The notes beneath the pieces are model-generated. The model saw nothing but the letters and a program-made list of their open reading frames with translations, did not search any database and was not told where the DNA came from. From an uncultured Bacteroidales bacterium (lineage in GTDB: Bacteria > Bacteroidota > Bacteroidia > Bacteroidales > Bacteroidaceae), in NCBI GenBank assembly GCA_902801425.1, contig CADCIQ010000002.1:16504-80503 (forward strand): a stretch of DNA of 64,000 nt, given 5' to 3'. The position numbers and the translations under genes are program-made. Of the stretch, positions 30,631 through 40,781 are shown piece after piece. Numbering within the stretch: position 1 is the stretch's first letter; each line of letters opens with the position of its first letter.

Positions 30631-30749
30631 ACTATACAAATATCAAAGTTTTACATTCAAGAAACACACCCACACCCTACTATTCGACCGTTTCCCTCCT
30701 TTTTTTCGCTTTTTTCTTGCTTTCTTTACTTTTTTCGGGATTTTTTTCG

Positions 30750-30757
30750 TAACTTTG
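30750..30757 (+). promoter_or_regulatory. -7 promoter element of his operon
   Basis: TAACTTTG, followed by a GACTAAG heptamer run in the 5' UTR. Confidence 0.6.
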
Positions 30758-30830
30758 CAACTCGAAAAGTCTAAAGACTAAGGTCTAAGGACTAAGGTAA
30801 ACAGAAATTGAAATTAAACAAAAATATAAC

Positions 30831-31682
30831 ATGTTACGTATAGCATTACAGTCCAAAGGACGTCTTTTTGAAGATTGTATCGATCTCCTCACTGAGGCAG
30901 ACATAAAGGTTAGCTCAAGCAAGCGCGTTCTGCTTGCAAAATCAGGAAACTTCCCTCTCGAAGTGCTCTATCTTCGTGATGATGATATCCCACAGAGCGT
31001 TGCTATGGGCGTTGCCGACATCGGTATCGTAGGCGAGAATGAATATCTTGAGCGCAACGAGGACGCAGAGGTAGTTAGCCGTCTCGGTTTCTCTAAGTGC
31101 CGTCTTTCCCTCGCTATCCCAAAGGCTATTGAATATACTGGTCTTGACTGGTTCAACGGCAAGAAGATTGCAACTTCATACCCTGGCATCCTCCGTCGTT
31201 TCCTCAACGAGAAGGGTATCAATGCCGAGATTCACGTAATCACTGGTAGCGTGGAGATTGCTCCTGGCATCGGACTTGCTGATGCTATCTTCGACATCGT
31301 TTCAAGTGGTTCTACACTTGTAAGCAACAATCTCGCTGAGGTTGAGGTTGTTACTGAGAGCGAGGCACTCCTAATTGCAAACAAGAATCTCTCAGCAGAG
31401 AAGCGTGAGGTGCTTAAAGAGATGCTCTTCCGTTTCGAGGCTGTTAAGAGCGCAGAGGGTCAGAAGTATGTCCGCATGAACGCTCCTAAGTCAAAGCTCA
31501 AGGACATCATCGCTGTTCTCCCAGGTCTCAAGAGCCCAACTATCATCCCTCTCGCTGACGAGGACTGGTGCTCTGTTCATGCCGTTATCGGTCAGAAGGT
31601 TTTCTGGGAGATTATCGGCAAGCTCAAGGAACTTGGTGCACAGGGCATACTCGTTACTCCGATTGAGAAGATGATATTGTAG
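30831..31682 (+). CDS. hisG: ATP phosphoribosyltransferase (long form)
   Basis: IALQSKGRL, RDDDIP, IATSYP, GSVEIAP, DIVSSGSTL. Confidence 0.97.
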   Translation: MLRIALQSKGRLFEDCIDLLTEADIKVSSSKRVLLAKSGNFPLEVLYLRDDDIPQSVAMGVADIGIVGENEYLERNEDAEVVSRLGFSKCRLSLAIPKAIEYTGLDWFNGKKIATSYPGILRRFLNEKGINAEIHVITGSVEIAPGIGLADAIFDIVSSGSTLVSNNLAEVEVVTESEALLIANKNLSAEKREVLKEMLFRFEAVKSAEGQKYVRMNAPKSKLKDIIAVLPGLKSPTIIPLADEDWCSVHAVIGQKVFWEIIGKLKELGAQGILVTPIEKMIL

Positions 31683-31688
31683 AATAAC

Positions 31689-31830
31689 GGCCCCTCACCT
31701 GCCCTATGGGCATCCTCTCCCCAAGGGGCGAGGAGGAAGTTACATTTGTTCGCTGATAAGGCGTGATTAGAAATACTAACTTTTCCCTCGCCCCTTGGGG
31801 AGAGGGTGCCCGCAGGGCGGATGAGGGGCT
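31689..31830. repeat. GC-rich REP-like doublet
   Basis: Reverse-orientation copy of 27741-27881 including the spacer. Confidence 0.85.
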
Positions 31831-31846
31831 GTAGGTCTTTTTTAAT

Positions 31847-33136
31847 ATGAATTTCATTAAATATCCCTCACAGGAACAGATAAAGAAGATCATCGAGCGT
31901 CCGCACCTCGATGTCTCTCAGCTCAATGCCACCGTTGCATCAGTCCTCGCTGACGTGAAGGAGAACGGTGACAAGGCAGTCATTGCATACGAAGAGAAGT
32001 TCGACCACGTTAAGCTCGCATCCCTCGCAGTAACCGAGGCTGAGATTGACGAGGCTGAGGCTCTCGTGTCTCAGGATCTCAAGGATGCTCTCATCCTTGC
32101 GCATGAGAACATTGCGAAGTTCCATGAGTCACAGAAATTTGAGAGCACTAAGGTTGAGACAGCTCCCGGTGTGGTATGCTGGCAGAAGAGCGTTGCCATC
32201 GAGAAGGTAGGTCTCTACATTCCGGGCGGCACAGCACCTCTTTTCTCTACCGTCCTCATGCTCGCTACTCCTGCGAAGATTGCAGGATGCAAGGAGATTG
32301 TGCTCTGCACACCTCCGAACCGTGAGGGCAAGGTGAACCCTGCCATCCTCATGGCTGCACGCGTGGCTGGCGTGAGCAAGATTTTCAAGGCAGGTGGCGT
32401 TCAGGCTATCGGTGCAATGGCATACGGCACGGAGTCAGTTCCGAAGGTTTATAAGATTTTCGGTCCGGGCAACCAGTTCGTTATGGCAGCAAAGCAGCAG
32501 GTATCACTCCATGATGCAGCTATCGACATGCCAGCAGGTCCTTCTGAGGTATGCGTCATTGCCGATGAGACAAGTAACGCAGCATTCGTTGCAGCCGACC
32601 TTCTCTCTCAGGCAGAGCACGGTATCGACTCTCAGGTTATCCTCATCTCTACCTCAGAGGATATGATTCATCAGGTGGAGAAGGAACTCGAAACACAGCT
32701 TGCAGCACTACCTCGTCACGAGATTGCGGAGAAGACACTCGTAAACTCTAACTTCGTACTCGTACACGACAAGGAGGAGGCAATGGCTCTCAGCAACGCA
32801 TACGCTCCAGAGCATCTTATCATCGCTACATCTGACTTTGAGGCTCTCGCTGAGAAGGTTATCAATGCTGGTAGCGTGTTCCTCGGTAACTTTGCGTGTG
32901 AATCTGCGGGCGACTATGCCAGCGGAACGAACCATACACTTCCTACCCACGGATATGCCCTTGCATACAACGGTGTCAACCTCGACTCCTACAACCGCAA
33001 GGTAACATTCCAGCATCTGACGGAGGAAGGAATAAAATCTATCGGTCCTGCCGTGGTATGCATGGCAGAGAATGAGCAACTTGAAGCCCATGCCAATGCA
33101 ATGCGCCTGCGTGTGAAGAATTGTTTTAAGGAGTAA
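31847..33136 (+). CDS. hisD: Histidinol dehydrogenase
   Basis: GLYIPGG, KIFGPGN, DMPAGPSE, SQAEH, APEHL, GDYASGTNHTLPT. Confidence 0.97.
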   Translation: MNFIKYPSQEQIKKIIERPHLDVSQLNATVASVLADVKENGDKAVIAYEEKFDHVKLASLAVTEAEIDEAEALVSQDLKDALILAHENIAKFHESQKFESTKVETAPGVVCWQKSVAIEKVGLYIPGGTAPLFSTVLMLATPAKIAGCKEIVLCTPPNREGKVNPAILMAARVAGVSKIFKAGGVQAIGAMAYGTESVPKVYKIFGPGNQFVMAAKQQVSLHDAAIDMPAGPSEVCVIADETSNAAFVAADLLSQAEHGIDSQVILISTSEDMIHQVEKELETQLAALPRHEIAEKTLVNSNFVLVHDKEEAMALSNAYAPEHLIIATSDFEALAEKVINAGSVFLGNFACESAGDYASGTNHTLPTHGYALAYNGVNLDSYNRKVTFQHLTEEGIKSIGPAVVCMAENEQLEAHANAMRLRVKNCFKE

Positions 33137-33286
33137 TAAGGAGTACAAGAAGTTCAAGGAGTACAAGACGATAGTCTAAGACAATTGAAAATTGTTTGCT
33201 CTATGACTCAAAGCGATAATACTATCGTCTTGTACTACTTAAGCGACTTTAGGAGCGTCACTCCTTGTACTCCTTGAACTCCTAAA
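33124..33286 (+). repeat. Nonamer-periodic (AAGGAGTAC) palindromic element
   Basis: Near-identical arms at 61075-61266; overlaps the hisD stop codon. Confidence 0.85.
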
Positions 33287-33301
33287 CCCGAACTACAACA
33301 G

Positions 33302-34708
33302 ATGGCATACACCAAAGACGAACTTTTAGCTCTCGTAAGAGAGGCAGGCAGTGAGATGACGCTTCGACAGAAGCTTCGTCTCACTGTGCTTTTGGCCATA
33401 CCTGCTATCATCGCGCACATATCTATCATCGCCATGCAGATGATAGACGCGGCGATGCTCGGACACCTGAGTACGACTAAGGCTTCTGCCGTAGGTCTCG
33501 TCTCTACAACCATCTGGCTTTTCGGTGGACTTTCCGCTGCATTTGCAGCAGGTTTCTCGGTACAGGTGGCACATCGTGTAGGTGCAGGTGACAACAAAGG
33601 TGCACGTAGCGTGATAAGGCAAGGTCTCTTTTCTGGCATAATCTTTGCTATCTTGCTTGGTAGCATAGGCTTAGCCATCGCACCTCACCTCCCCCATTGG
33701 CTCGGCGCTTCCGAAACAATATGCCACGATGCTTCTCGATACTTCACCATATTCAGTCTCGGACTACCTTTCACAATAACCAATAACATTGCGGCAGGAA
33801 GTCTCCGTTGTTCTGGCAACGTGAAAGTGCCAAGCATTCTGATGGTTATCATGTGTTGCCTCGACATTTGCTTTAACTACATTTTCATATACCGCATGGA
33901 TATGGGAACTGACGGGGCTGCCCTCGGAACGCTCTTAGCATACGTCATCATAGTAATCTTCATGGTGGGATATATGACTCTCAAGGATAAGCTCCTTAAC
34001 TTCCGTCAGGATGAGGTGCTTGATTTCATTCCGAAGGTGAAGATATTGAAGAAAACAGGCAGAATCGGTTTCCCTATCGGATTGGAGCGCGGAGTAATGT
34101 GTACGGCTCAGATTGCCATCTCAAGCATCATCGCCCCTCTCGGAAGCATAGCCATAGCTGCCAATACTTTCGCTATCAATGTTGAAAGCCTATGCTATAT
34201 GCCAGGGCACGGTGTGGCAGAAGCGGCAACAACGCTCGTAGGGCAGAGCAAGGGCGCAAGCAAGCGTGAGCTCATGCACTCCTTCGCATGGATATGTATG
34301 GCACTCGGTGTCGGCATAATGGCATTCATGGGATTAATAATGTGGCTGTTTGCTCCGGAAATGATGTCGCTCATCACTCCAGATAAGACTGTGATAGACT
34401 TAGGTGCTGATATTCTCAGGATCGAGGCATGGGCAGAGCCAGGATTCGCTGCTGCAATAGTGGCAATGTCAGTATTCGTAGGAGCAGGCAAGCCTCTCAT
34501 CCCTTCGCTTATGAACTTAGGTAGCATCTGGTTAGTCAGGGTATCGCTTACTCTCCTACTCGCCCCTACCATGGGACTCAGAGGCGTATGGATTGCAATG
34601 GCAATAGAACTATGCTTCCGTGGCACTATCTTCACCGCACGACTTTGCACAAGGAAGTGGTCCTTTATAAAGGACAGAAGTAAGTTAAATGATAAAATGA
34701 AAAATTAA
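33302..34708 (+). CDS. MATE-family efflux transporter
   Basis: Multi-TM MATE pattern, GTDGAALGT, AATTLVGQ, GLRGVWIAM. Confidence 0.9.
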   Translation: MAYTKDELLALVREAGSEMTLRQKLRLTVLLAIPAIIAHISIIAMQMIDAAMLGHLSTTKASAVGLVSTTIWLFGGLSAAFAAGFSVQVAHRVGAGDNKGARSVIRQGLFSGIIFAILLGSIGLAIAPHLPHWLGASETICHDASRYFTIFSLGLPFTITNNIAAGSLRCSGNVKVPSILMVIMCCLDICFNYIFIYRMDMGTDGAALGTLLAYVIIVIFMVGYMTLKDKLLNFRQDEVLDFIPKVKILKKTGRIGFPIGLERGVMCTAQIAISSIIAPLGSIAIAANTFAINVESLCYMPGHGVAEAATTLVGQSKGASKRELMHSFAWICMALGVGIMAFMGLIMWLFAPEMMSLITPDKTVIDLGADILRIEAWAEPGFAAAIVAMSVFVGAGKPLIPSLMNLGSIWLVRVSLTLLLAPTMGLRGVWIAMAIELCFRGTIFTARLCTRKWSFIKDRSKLNDKMKN

Positions 34709-34805
34709 AAATGAAAAATACAGGTTTGTATTTTCGCGTATAGCCATTACCTATAAAATGTAACTTGTATTTTATAATTTTTCATTGTTCATTTTTAATT
34801 TAAAA
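34692..34805 (+). repeat. ATGAAAA-family palindromic element
   Basis: Right arm ttataatttttcattgttcattttt shared with the 26.9 kb and 59.4 kb copies. Confidence 0.8.
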
Positions 34806-34810
34806 GTAGA

Positions 34811-35659
34811 ATGCAAACGATAAGGAACAAGGAATATGGAGGCGAACGCCCTCTATACGCATCTCACAACCTCCGTCTGGAGAATGTCACCATACATATA
34901 GGTGAATCCAGCATCAAGGAGTCAAGCAACATCGAGGCGGAGAATTGCCGCTTTGAAGGAAAATACGTGTTTTGGGAAACGCGAGGTTTCCGCGTTCATA
35001 AATGTCTCTTCACCGAAAGCGCACGCTCATCACTCTGGTACTCTTCCGACTGCCGAATGACAGACTGCAAGGTAGAAGCACCGAAGATGTTCCGTAGAAT
35101 GAAAGGTATCTACGTTGAGAACACAGACTTCCCTAATGCGGCGGAGACATTCTGGGATTGCTCAGACATTACGTTGAAGAACGTAAAAATAGCAAATGCC
35201 GACTACCTCTTCATGCACTCTCACGGCATACGCATCGACAACTATCGTCAGGACGGCAACTACTCTTTCCAATATGCGAAGAACGTGGAGATCCACAATG
35301 CCGTCATCAACTCGAAGGATGCCTTTTGGGAGTCAGAGAACGTGACTCTCGTGGATTGCGAGGTGAATGGCGAATACCTCGGCTGGTATGCTAAGAATAT
35401 GCGTCTCGTGCGTTGTCACCTCACAGGTGAACAGCTTCTCTGCTATGTTGACGGTCTCACCCTCGAAGACTGCACCTTTGGTGAGGATGCCAACCTCATG
35501 TTTGAATACTCCACGGTAAATGCCACTATCAACGGCAATGTGACAAGCATCAAGAACCCGACATCAGGCACAATCACCGTAAACGGAAAATGCGGTGAGG
35601 TTATCTTTGATGAGAATCAGAAAGAGCCGAAGGATGCAAAATTGATAATTAAAAAGTAG
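34811..35659 (+). CDS. DUF3737-family beta-helix protein
   Basis: GGERPLY, FEGKY, NYSFQY, SKDAFW, GEYLGW; typically paired with MalY/PatB. Confidence 0.85.
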   Translation: MQTIRNKEYGGERPLYASHNLRLENVTIHIGESSIKESSNIEAENCRFEGKYVFWETRGFRVHKCLFTESARSSLWYSSDCRMTDCKVEAPKMFRRMKGIYVENTDFPNAAETFWDCSDITLKNVKIANADYLFMHSHGIRIDNYRQDGNYSFQYAKNVEIHNAVINSKDAFWESENVTLVDCEVNGEYLGWYAKNMRLVRCHLTGEQLLCYVDGLTLEDCTFGEDANLMFEYSTVNATINGNVTSIKNPTSGTITVNGKCGEVIFDENQKEPKDAKLIIKK

Positions 35660-35762
35660 AAAATAAAAAGTAAAAAGTATAATTACCCTATGCAGGGAAC
35701 GGCCTATAACCGTAAATACTAATCATACTTTTTAACTTTTACTTCTTACATTTTACTTTAAA
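35650..35762. repeat. AAAAAGT-family palindromic element
   Basis: Arms aaaaagtaaaaagtataatta/taatcatactttttaactttt; related copy at 58746-58846. Confidence 0.65.
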
Positions 35763-35763
35763 A

Positions 35764-36948
35764 ATGATGAACTTTGATTTGCCCATAGATCGCTTTGGCA
35801 CAAACTGCTATAAGTACGATACAATGCCATATCCTGACACCATTCCATTATGGGTGGCAGATATGGACTTCGAGACAGCTCCCATAGTAACAGACGCATT
35901 GAAGAAGCGCCTTGAACATGGTTGTTTCGGATATACAGCTGTGCCAGACTCATTCTACGAGGCTACTATCAACTGGTTTGGCAAGCGTCATGGCTGGAAA
36001 CCAGAACGCAACTGGTTCATTTACACATCAGGGGTTGTTCCTGCCATTTCAGCCATCATCAAGGCTATGACCCAGCCGGGAGATAAGGTATTGGTTCAGA
36101 CACCTGTGTATAACTGCTTCTTCTCTTCCATCCGCAACAATGGATGCATTGCGGAAGAAGCACCTCTCACGATCTCTGGCAATGACTACATAATCGACTT
36201 TGAGGCTTTCGAGCATCATTGTACCGATGAAAAGACGAAGGTGTTCATCTTGTGCAATCCTCATAATCCTGCTGGACGAGTATGGAGTGCCACAGAACTT
36301 CAGAAGATGGGCGAGATATGCAAGCGCAACGGTGTTTTCATCATTGCAGACGAGATACATTGCGAGTTTGTGAACCCTACCCTATCACGCACACCTGAAC
36401 TATCTGCAATAACAGGTGAGGAAAAGCCTAAGTATCATCCATTCATGAGCGTGAGCGATGCTCAATGCGCGGTCTGCGTATCTCCATCCAAAGCTTTCAA
36501 TATCGCAGGACTTCAGATAGCGAATATCATAGTAAAGGATGACTCCATACGCCGTCGTGTGGATCGTGCCATTAACATTAACGAGGTGTGTGATGTAAAT
36601 CCATTCGGTGTCATCGCCCTTCAGGCTGCCTATACCCAGAGCGGCGAGGAATGGCTCAACGCATTGAACGACTACATCTACGCCAATTACGACTATGTTC
36701 GACATTGGCTCTCGGAGTATCATCCAGAGTGGAAAGCCGTCACACTCGAAGGCACCTACCTCATGTGGGTGGATGTCTCTGCAAGCGGAATGGACGGCGA
36801 TGCCTTTGCCGAGAAACTCCTGCACGATCACCATATCTATGTGAACTCAGGTTCTCATTATGGCAAGGCAGGAAAGAACTTCATCCGCATCAATCTCGCC
36901 ACGCAGAAGGCTAAGTTGGAAGAAGCGTTAGCGAGAATGGATAAATAA
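35764..36948 (+). CDS. MalY/PatB-family PLP enzyme (C-S lyase)
   Basis: PLWVADMDF, LCNPHNPAGRVW, ADEIH, SPSKAFNIAG. Confidence 0.9.
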   Translation: MMNFDLPIDRFGTNCYKYDTMPYPDTIPLWVADMDFETAPIVTDALKKRLEHGCFGYTAVPDSFYEATINWFGKRHGWKPERNWFIYTSGVVPAISAIIKAMTQPGDKVLVQTPVYNCFFSSIRNNGCIAEEAPLTISGNDYIIDFEAFEHHCTDEKTKVFILCNPHNPAGRVWSATELQKMGEICKRNGVFIIADEIHCEFVNPTLSRTPELSAITGEEKPKYHPFMSVSDAQCAVCVSPSKAFNIAGLQIANIIVKDDSIRRRVDRAININEVCDVNPFGVIALQAAYTQSGEEWLNALNDYIYANYDYVRHWLSEYHPEWKAVTLEGTYLMWVDVSASGMDGDAFAEKLLHDHHIYVNSGSHYGKAGKNFIRINLATQKAKLEEALARMDK

Positions 36949-37088
36949 GGCCTCTCCCCCCGCCCTCCCCCGTAGGGAGGGAGCCAGAGAACCACCTTCT
37001 AATTGATAATTAATAATGAATAATTTATAAACAATAGTCCTTTTGCCTTCCGACTCCCTCCCTACGGGGGAGGGCGGGGGGAGAGGCC
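36949..37088. repeat. REP-like doublet (CCCTCCCC...GGGAGGG type)
   Basis: ggcctctccccccgccctccccc...gggggagggcggggg(g)agaggcc; AT-rich spacer; related to 445-585. Confidence 0.85.
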
Positions 37089-37105
37089 ATAATTCTTTTA
37101 ACAAT

Positions 37106-38140
37106 ATGAAATCTCTTCAAGAATTAACCCGACCTAACATCTGGTCACTCGCTCCATATAGTAGTGCGCGAAACGAATACAGCGGAAAAGCCGCACACGT
37201 ATTCCTCGATGCAAACGAGAATCCATACAACGATCCAAACAACCGCTACCCAGACCCTCTCCAGTTGCAGGTGAAGGAGCGAATCTCACAGGTCAAGAAT
37301 GTTCCAGTAGAGTGCATCTTCCTCGGAAATGGCTCAGACGAGGCTATCGACCTCGTATATCGTTGTTTCTGCGAGCCTAAGGTGGATAATGTTGTTGCCA
37401 TCGAACCAACATACGGTATGTATAAGGTATGCGCAGACATCAATGACGTGGAATATCGTCCTGTACTCCTTGACGAGCACTTCCAGATTGATGCAGAGAC
37501 TCTTCTCGCTGCTTGCGACGATAACACTAAAGTTGTGTGGTTCTGTTCTCCCAACAACCCAACAGGTAACGCAATCAACCGTAAGGCCATCTTTGATGTC
37601 CTTCAGAAATTTCAGGGCTTAGTCATCGTGGACGAGGCATACATAGATTTCTCACAGGAAGATAGCATCACGAAGATGCTTGGTCGTTTCCCTAACCTCA
37701 TCGTGCTTCAGACACTCAGCAAGGCATGGGGTTCAGCGGCTATCCGTTGCGGTATGGCATTCGCATCAAAGGAGATCATCGACATCTACAACAAGGTAAA
37801 GTACCCTTACAACATCAACCGTCTCACACAGGAGGCTGCACTTGAGCGTCTGAACAATACATTCGAAGTGGAGCAATGGGTAAGCCTTCTCCTTCAGGAG
37901 CGTGGTCGTATGTTGTCAGCATTTGCCGACCTTCCAATCTGCAAGCGCATCTACCCTACCGATGCCAACTTCTTCCTTGCAGAAATGGAAGATGCACAGA
38001 AGGCATACGACTATCTTGTGGATAAGGGCATAATCGTCCGCAACCGCACACGAATAACACTCTGTAAGAACTGTCTCCGCATCACCATCGGTACAAAGGC
38101 AGAGAATACTGAATTGATTGCAGCATTGCGCACTATGTAA
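37106..38140 (+). CDS. hisC: Histidinol-phosphate aminotransferase
   Basis: [40 protein letters not shown]; start moved to MKSLQEL. Confidence 0.95.
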   Translation: MKSLQELTRPNIWSLAPYSSARNEYSGKAAHVFLDANENPYNDPNNRYPDPLQLQVKERISQVKNVPVECIFLGNGSDEAIDLVYRCFCEPKVDNVVAIEPTYGMYKVCADINDVEYRPVLLDEHFQIDAETLLAACDDNTKVVWFCSPNNPTGNAINRKAIFDVLQKFQGLVIVDEAYIDFSQEDSITKMLGRFPNLIVLQTLSKAWGSAAIRCGMAFASKEIIDIYNKVKYPYNINRLTQEAALERLNNTFEVEQWVSLLLQERGRMLSAFADLPICKRIYPTDANFFLAEMEDAQKAYDYLVDKGIIVRNRTRITLCKNCLRITIGTKAENTELIAALRTM

Positions 38141-38166
38141 TCAACATATCCAGAATACATAAAACA

Positions 38167-38201
38167 AAAGCGGTATTACATTTATGTGCAATACCGCTTT
38201 T
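38167..38201 (+). terminator. Intrinsic terminator after hisC
   Basis: aaaagcggtatt/aataccgctttt. Confidence 0.75.
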
Positions 38202-38327
38202 ACTTGTTTCGTAACTGACAAGAAAGAAGAAAGAGCGAGGAAACGCTTTTCCACACTCTTTCCCAATTAACCTAATTTACAAACCCAAATAATGAAATCT
38301 CTCACACTTTCTTTTTTATATACTAAA

Positions 38328-40607
38328 CTAACGAACGAATTTCTTACCATTTGTGATATAAATCTCACCGCTACGAGGATTCACCTTCTGACCAAAGAGG
38401 TTATACACGTTTGCATTCTCAGCCTGTGCATCAGCATTAAGCTCGTAGATTGCTGTGCTAACTCCGTCATTAAGAGTGATTTTCATTGACTTACCTCTTG
38501 CATAGCTTGCATCTGATGTATCAAACCAAGCTCTGTATGGATTCACCTTTACGGCATTCTCTGCCCACCAGAACTTATTCTGAGCGATGAAATAGATATC
38601 CTTCATACCTTCCTGCATTGTATATGAACCCTTTATCTTCCAGTTTGAAAGAGTCTCTATCTCGTTGAGAACAGGATTGATTGCTGTGTTTGAACCGCTA
38701 AGAACGATCTTATCGCCACGATTCTTCATCACTACCATTGGAGTACCTGCCGGGATAACACCTGACTCATATTCCATAAATGAAAGTTCGTCGAAACCAG
38801 CTCCATTAAGATAGTAGAGTGTATAGTCCTTGTTTGTTGAATCATAATCAACATCGAAAGGAACAACAACCGTACCCCAGTCTGATGTCATATTGCGTGA
38901 ATAGTTGATCTTACCAAAGGTATCTTCTGGATAGTCAGCAAGTTCCTTGCCATCCTCAAGATTGAATACTCCACCCATGAAGCGGAAAGAAACAGTCTGG
39001 TCATCCTCGTTCTTTGTGATATTGGTAATGGAGAATGCCTCTGCCATTTCCTCGCCAGAATAATTATTGAAAGCAGCAACGCTGGTAACCCCATCAATGC
39101 CAGGGTAAATATCAGCTCTGATACTATTTCTGAAATCGCTCAATGTGATGGAAGGATTGGTCTCGTATGTGTACCATGCAAGAACCCTACCGTCAGCAGG
39201 AACAAGCGTTACGTTTGGATGACCATAGACATTATTTGGTGTCATGCTCAAACCACCAGGAGTAGATGTGACATGCATGATAAGCATACCATTGTTGTAC
39301 AGATTGTTAAGATAGTAATTCCACCCATCATATCCCGTATGCTCAATGGTATAGTACTCGTACGGATCAGCAGGATTTGTGATTCTGTAAGCCTTGCCAC
39401 CCTTGTTCAGAGGTGCCAAAGTTACGTTTTGAGCCTCTGTAAGTTCTTCATTCTCAACCCATCCCATATACTCACGCTCCCAGGCTGTGTATTGGCATGG
39501 CCACATTCCGTTGTAGAGGTTCTCGCCACCGTCCATGAGATCCCATTCCTCTGGACCGCAGTTGTCGAAATCAGCCTCGCCATTTACATCCGTTGGCGTG
39601 TAGCCCAGAGTCCAGTAAAGGTCAGGAAGTCCGAGACCATGACTCATCTCATGACAGAAGACACCGATACCGGCACGTATAGGCTCGCCCTGGAAGCTAT
39701 TTGTTGCAAGCTCATTGGAAACACCAATTATATTGACGGTCTTACCCTCCTGAGTAGAAAAAGTTCTGTTGCACCAGCAAGCAGGCCAGACATCATTCCT
39801 GTTACCGCTGAGGTTAGCCCCTGTTCCTGCATAAAGTACATACACGAGATCCGCATTGCCATCGTTGTTACTATCGTACTTTGAGAAATCAATATCTGGA
39901 TCAGCCAACTGAATAGCCTCCTTAAGCAGATAGCTCGTTCTGCCGCTTGCCTTACCGTAATAATCATGCTCGCGTGATGTCGTATAAGGACCATAGAGGT
40001 CGAATACAGGAGTGAACTTACCATAGCTCGCATCAACAAAATACTGGCGTACAGAGCTATATCCCTTGAATCTTGTCTCTGAGGTATAAGGAGTTTTTGT
40101 TGTTCCGTTGAAGTATTCCTCGAATATCTCATAGAGCTTTTCCTTGTCACCATTGCCAAGAACAAACTGCTTGTCAGTATAGTTCATAAGGATTATAGGA
40201 ATATGAATCTCACCCATGTGAGGACTGAAGTTTTTCTTGTCAAGAAGTGCTACTGCGTTCCTTCTTGTCCTTACTGAATTGTCAGCCTGAGCCTGGAAAG
40301 CAGCCTTGTCCTGAGCTGCGATAGCTGCATTTTCAGCCTTCGTACGGTCACACTCATCATGTGCAAGGATTCCTGTGCTTACAAGATCACCCTTCACTAC
40401 CTTGGCGATATAGTATTCTGACTCATTGCGCACGAGAAGCACGCCGTCAGTTGTCTGGTACCATGAGAAATTCTCATCACCCAGAAGCTGTATCGTTACT
40501 GTCATTCCATCAGGCTGGAAGACTAACATTGGAGTACCAGCAGACTTTGCTGCCCACGCATTAAGAATGTAGATAAATGCGAAAATAAATGTAACAAGTC
40601 TTTTCAT
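38328..40607 (-). CDS. M6-family (immune inhibitor A-like) metalloprotease, probably secreted
   Basis: QPDG prodomain, DFSKYDSNNDG, CHEMSHGLGLPDLY, WDLMDGG; C-terminal YNLFGQKV...IYITNGKK resembles a T9SS signal. Confidence 0.88.
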   Translation of the reverse strand: MKRLVTFIFAFIYILNAWAAKSAGTPMLVFQPDGMTVTIQLLGDENFSWYQTTDGVLLVRNESEYYIAKVVKGDLVSTGILAHDECDRTKAENAAIAAQDKAAFQAQADNSVRTRRNAVALLDKKNFSPHMGEIHIPIILMNYTDKQFVLGNGDKEKLYEIFEEYFNGTTKTPYTSETRFKGYSSVRQYFVDASYGKFTPVFDLYGPYTTSREHDYYGKASGRTSYLLKEAIQLADPDIDFSKYDSNNDGNADLVYVLYAGTGANLSGNRNDVWPACWCNRTFSTQEGKTVNIIGVSNELATNSFQGEPIRAGIGVFCHEMSHGLGLPDLYWTLGYTPTDVNGEADFDNCGPEEWDLMDGGENLYNGMWPCQYTAWEREYMGWVENEELTEAQNVTLAPLNKGGKAYRITNPADPYEYYTIEHTGYDGWNYYLNNLYNNGMLIMHVTSTPGGLSMTPNNVYGHPNVTLVPADGRVLAWYTYETNPSITLSDFRNSIRADIYPGIDGVTSVAAFNNYSGEEMAEAFSITNITKNEDDQTVSFRFMGGVFNLEDGKELADYPEDTFGKINYSRNMTSDWGTVVVPFDVDYDSTNKDYTLYYLNGAGFDELSFMEYESGVIPAGTPMVVMKNRGDKIVLSGSNTAINPVLNEIETLSNWKIKGSYTMQEGMKDIYFIAQNKFWWAENAVKVNPYRAWFDTSDASYARGKSMKITLNDGVSTAIYELNADAQAENANVYNLFGQKVNPRSGEIYITNGKKFVR

Positions 40608-40781
40608 AGATAAATAAGGCGTTTGGAAATAAATGTGTAATTGTATTCTCTAATATGTTTGTAGGGGAAGTCGAGAGTCATTTGCCTTGACCTTTTCACT
40701 AAGGCATTCAATTTTTTTCTATTCTATTCCTTTTTGATTTTTCATCTTACCCTTTAGCTTTTCGGCCTTCGGCCGTTATGA

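Noticed and set aside
30631-30830. His leader peptide attenuator
   Set aside because: No His-codon run downstream of the promoter; the cacacccac stretch lies upstream of the -7 element
31689-37088. True integron cassette array
   Set aside because: Spacers belong to different families, no attC core sites recognised, no integrase, and flanking genes are core his genes
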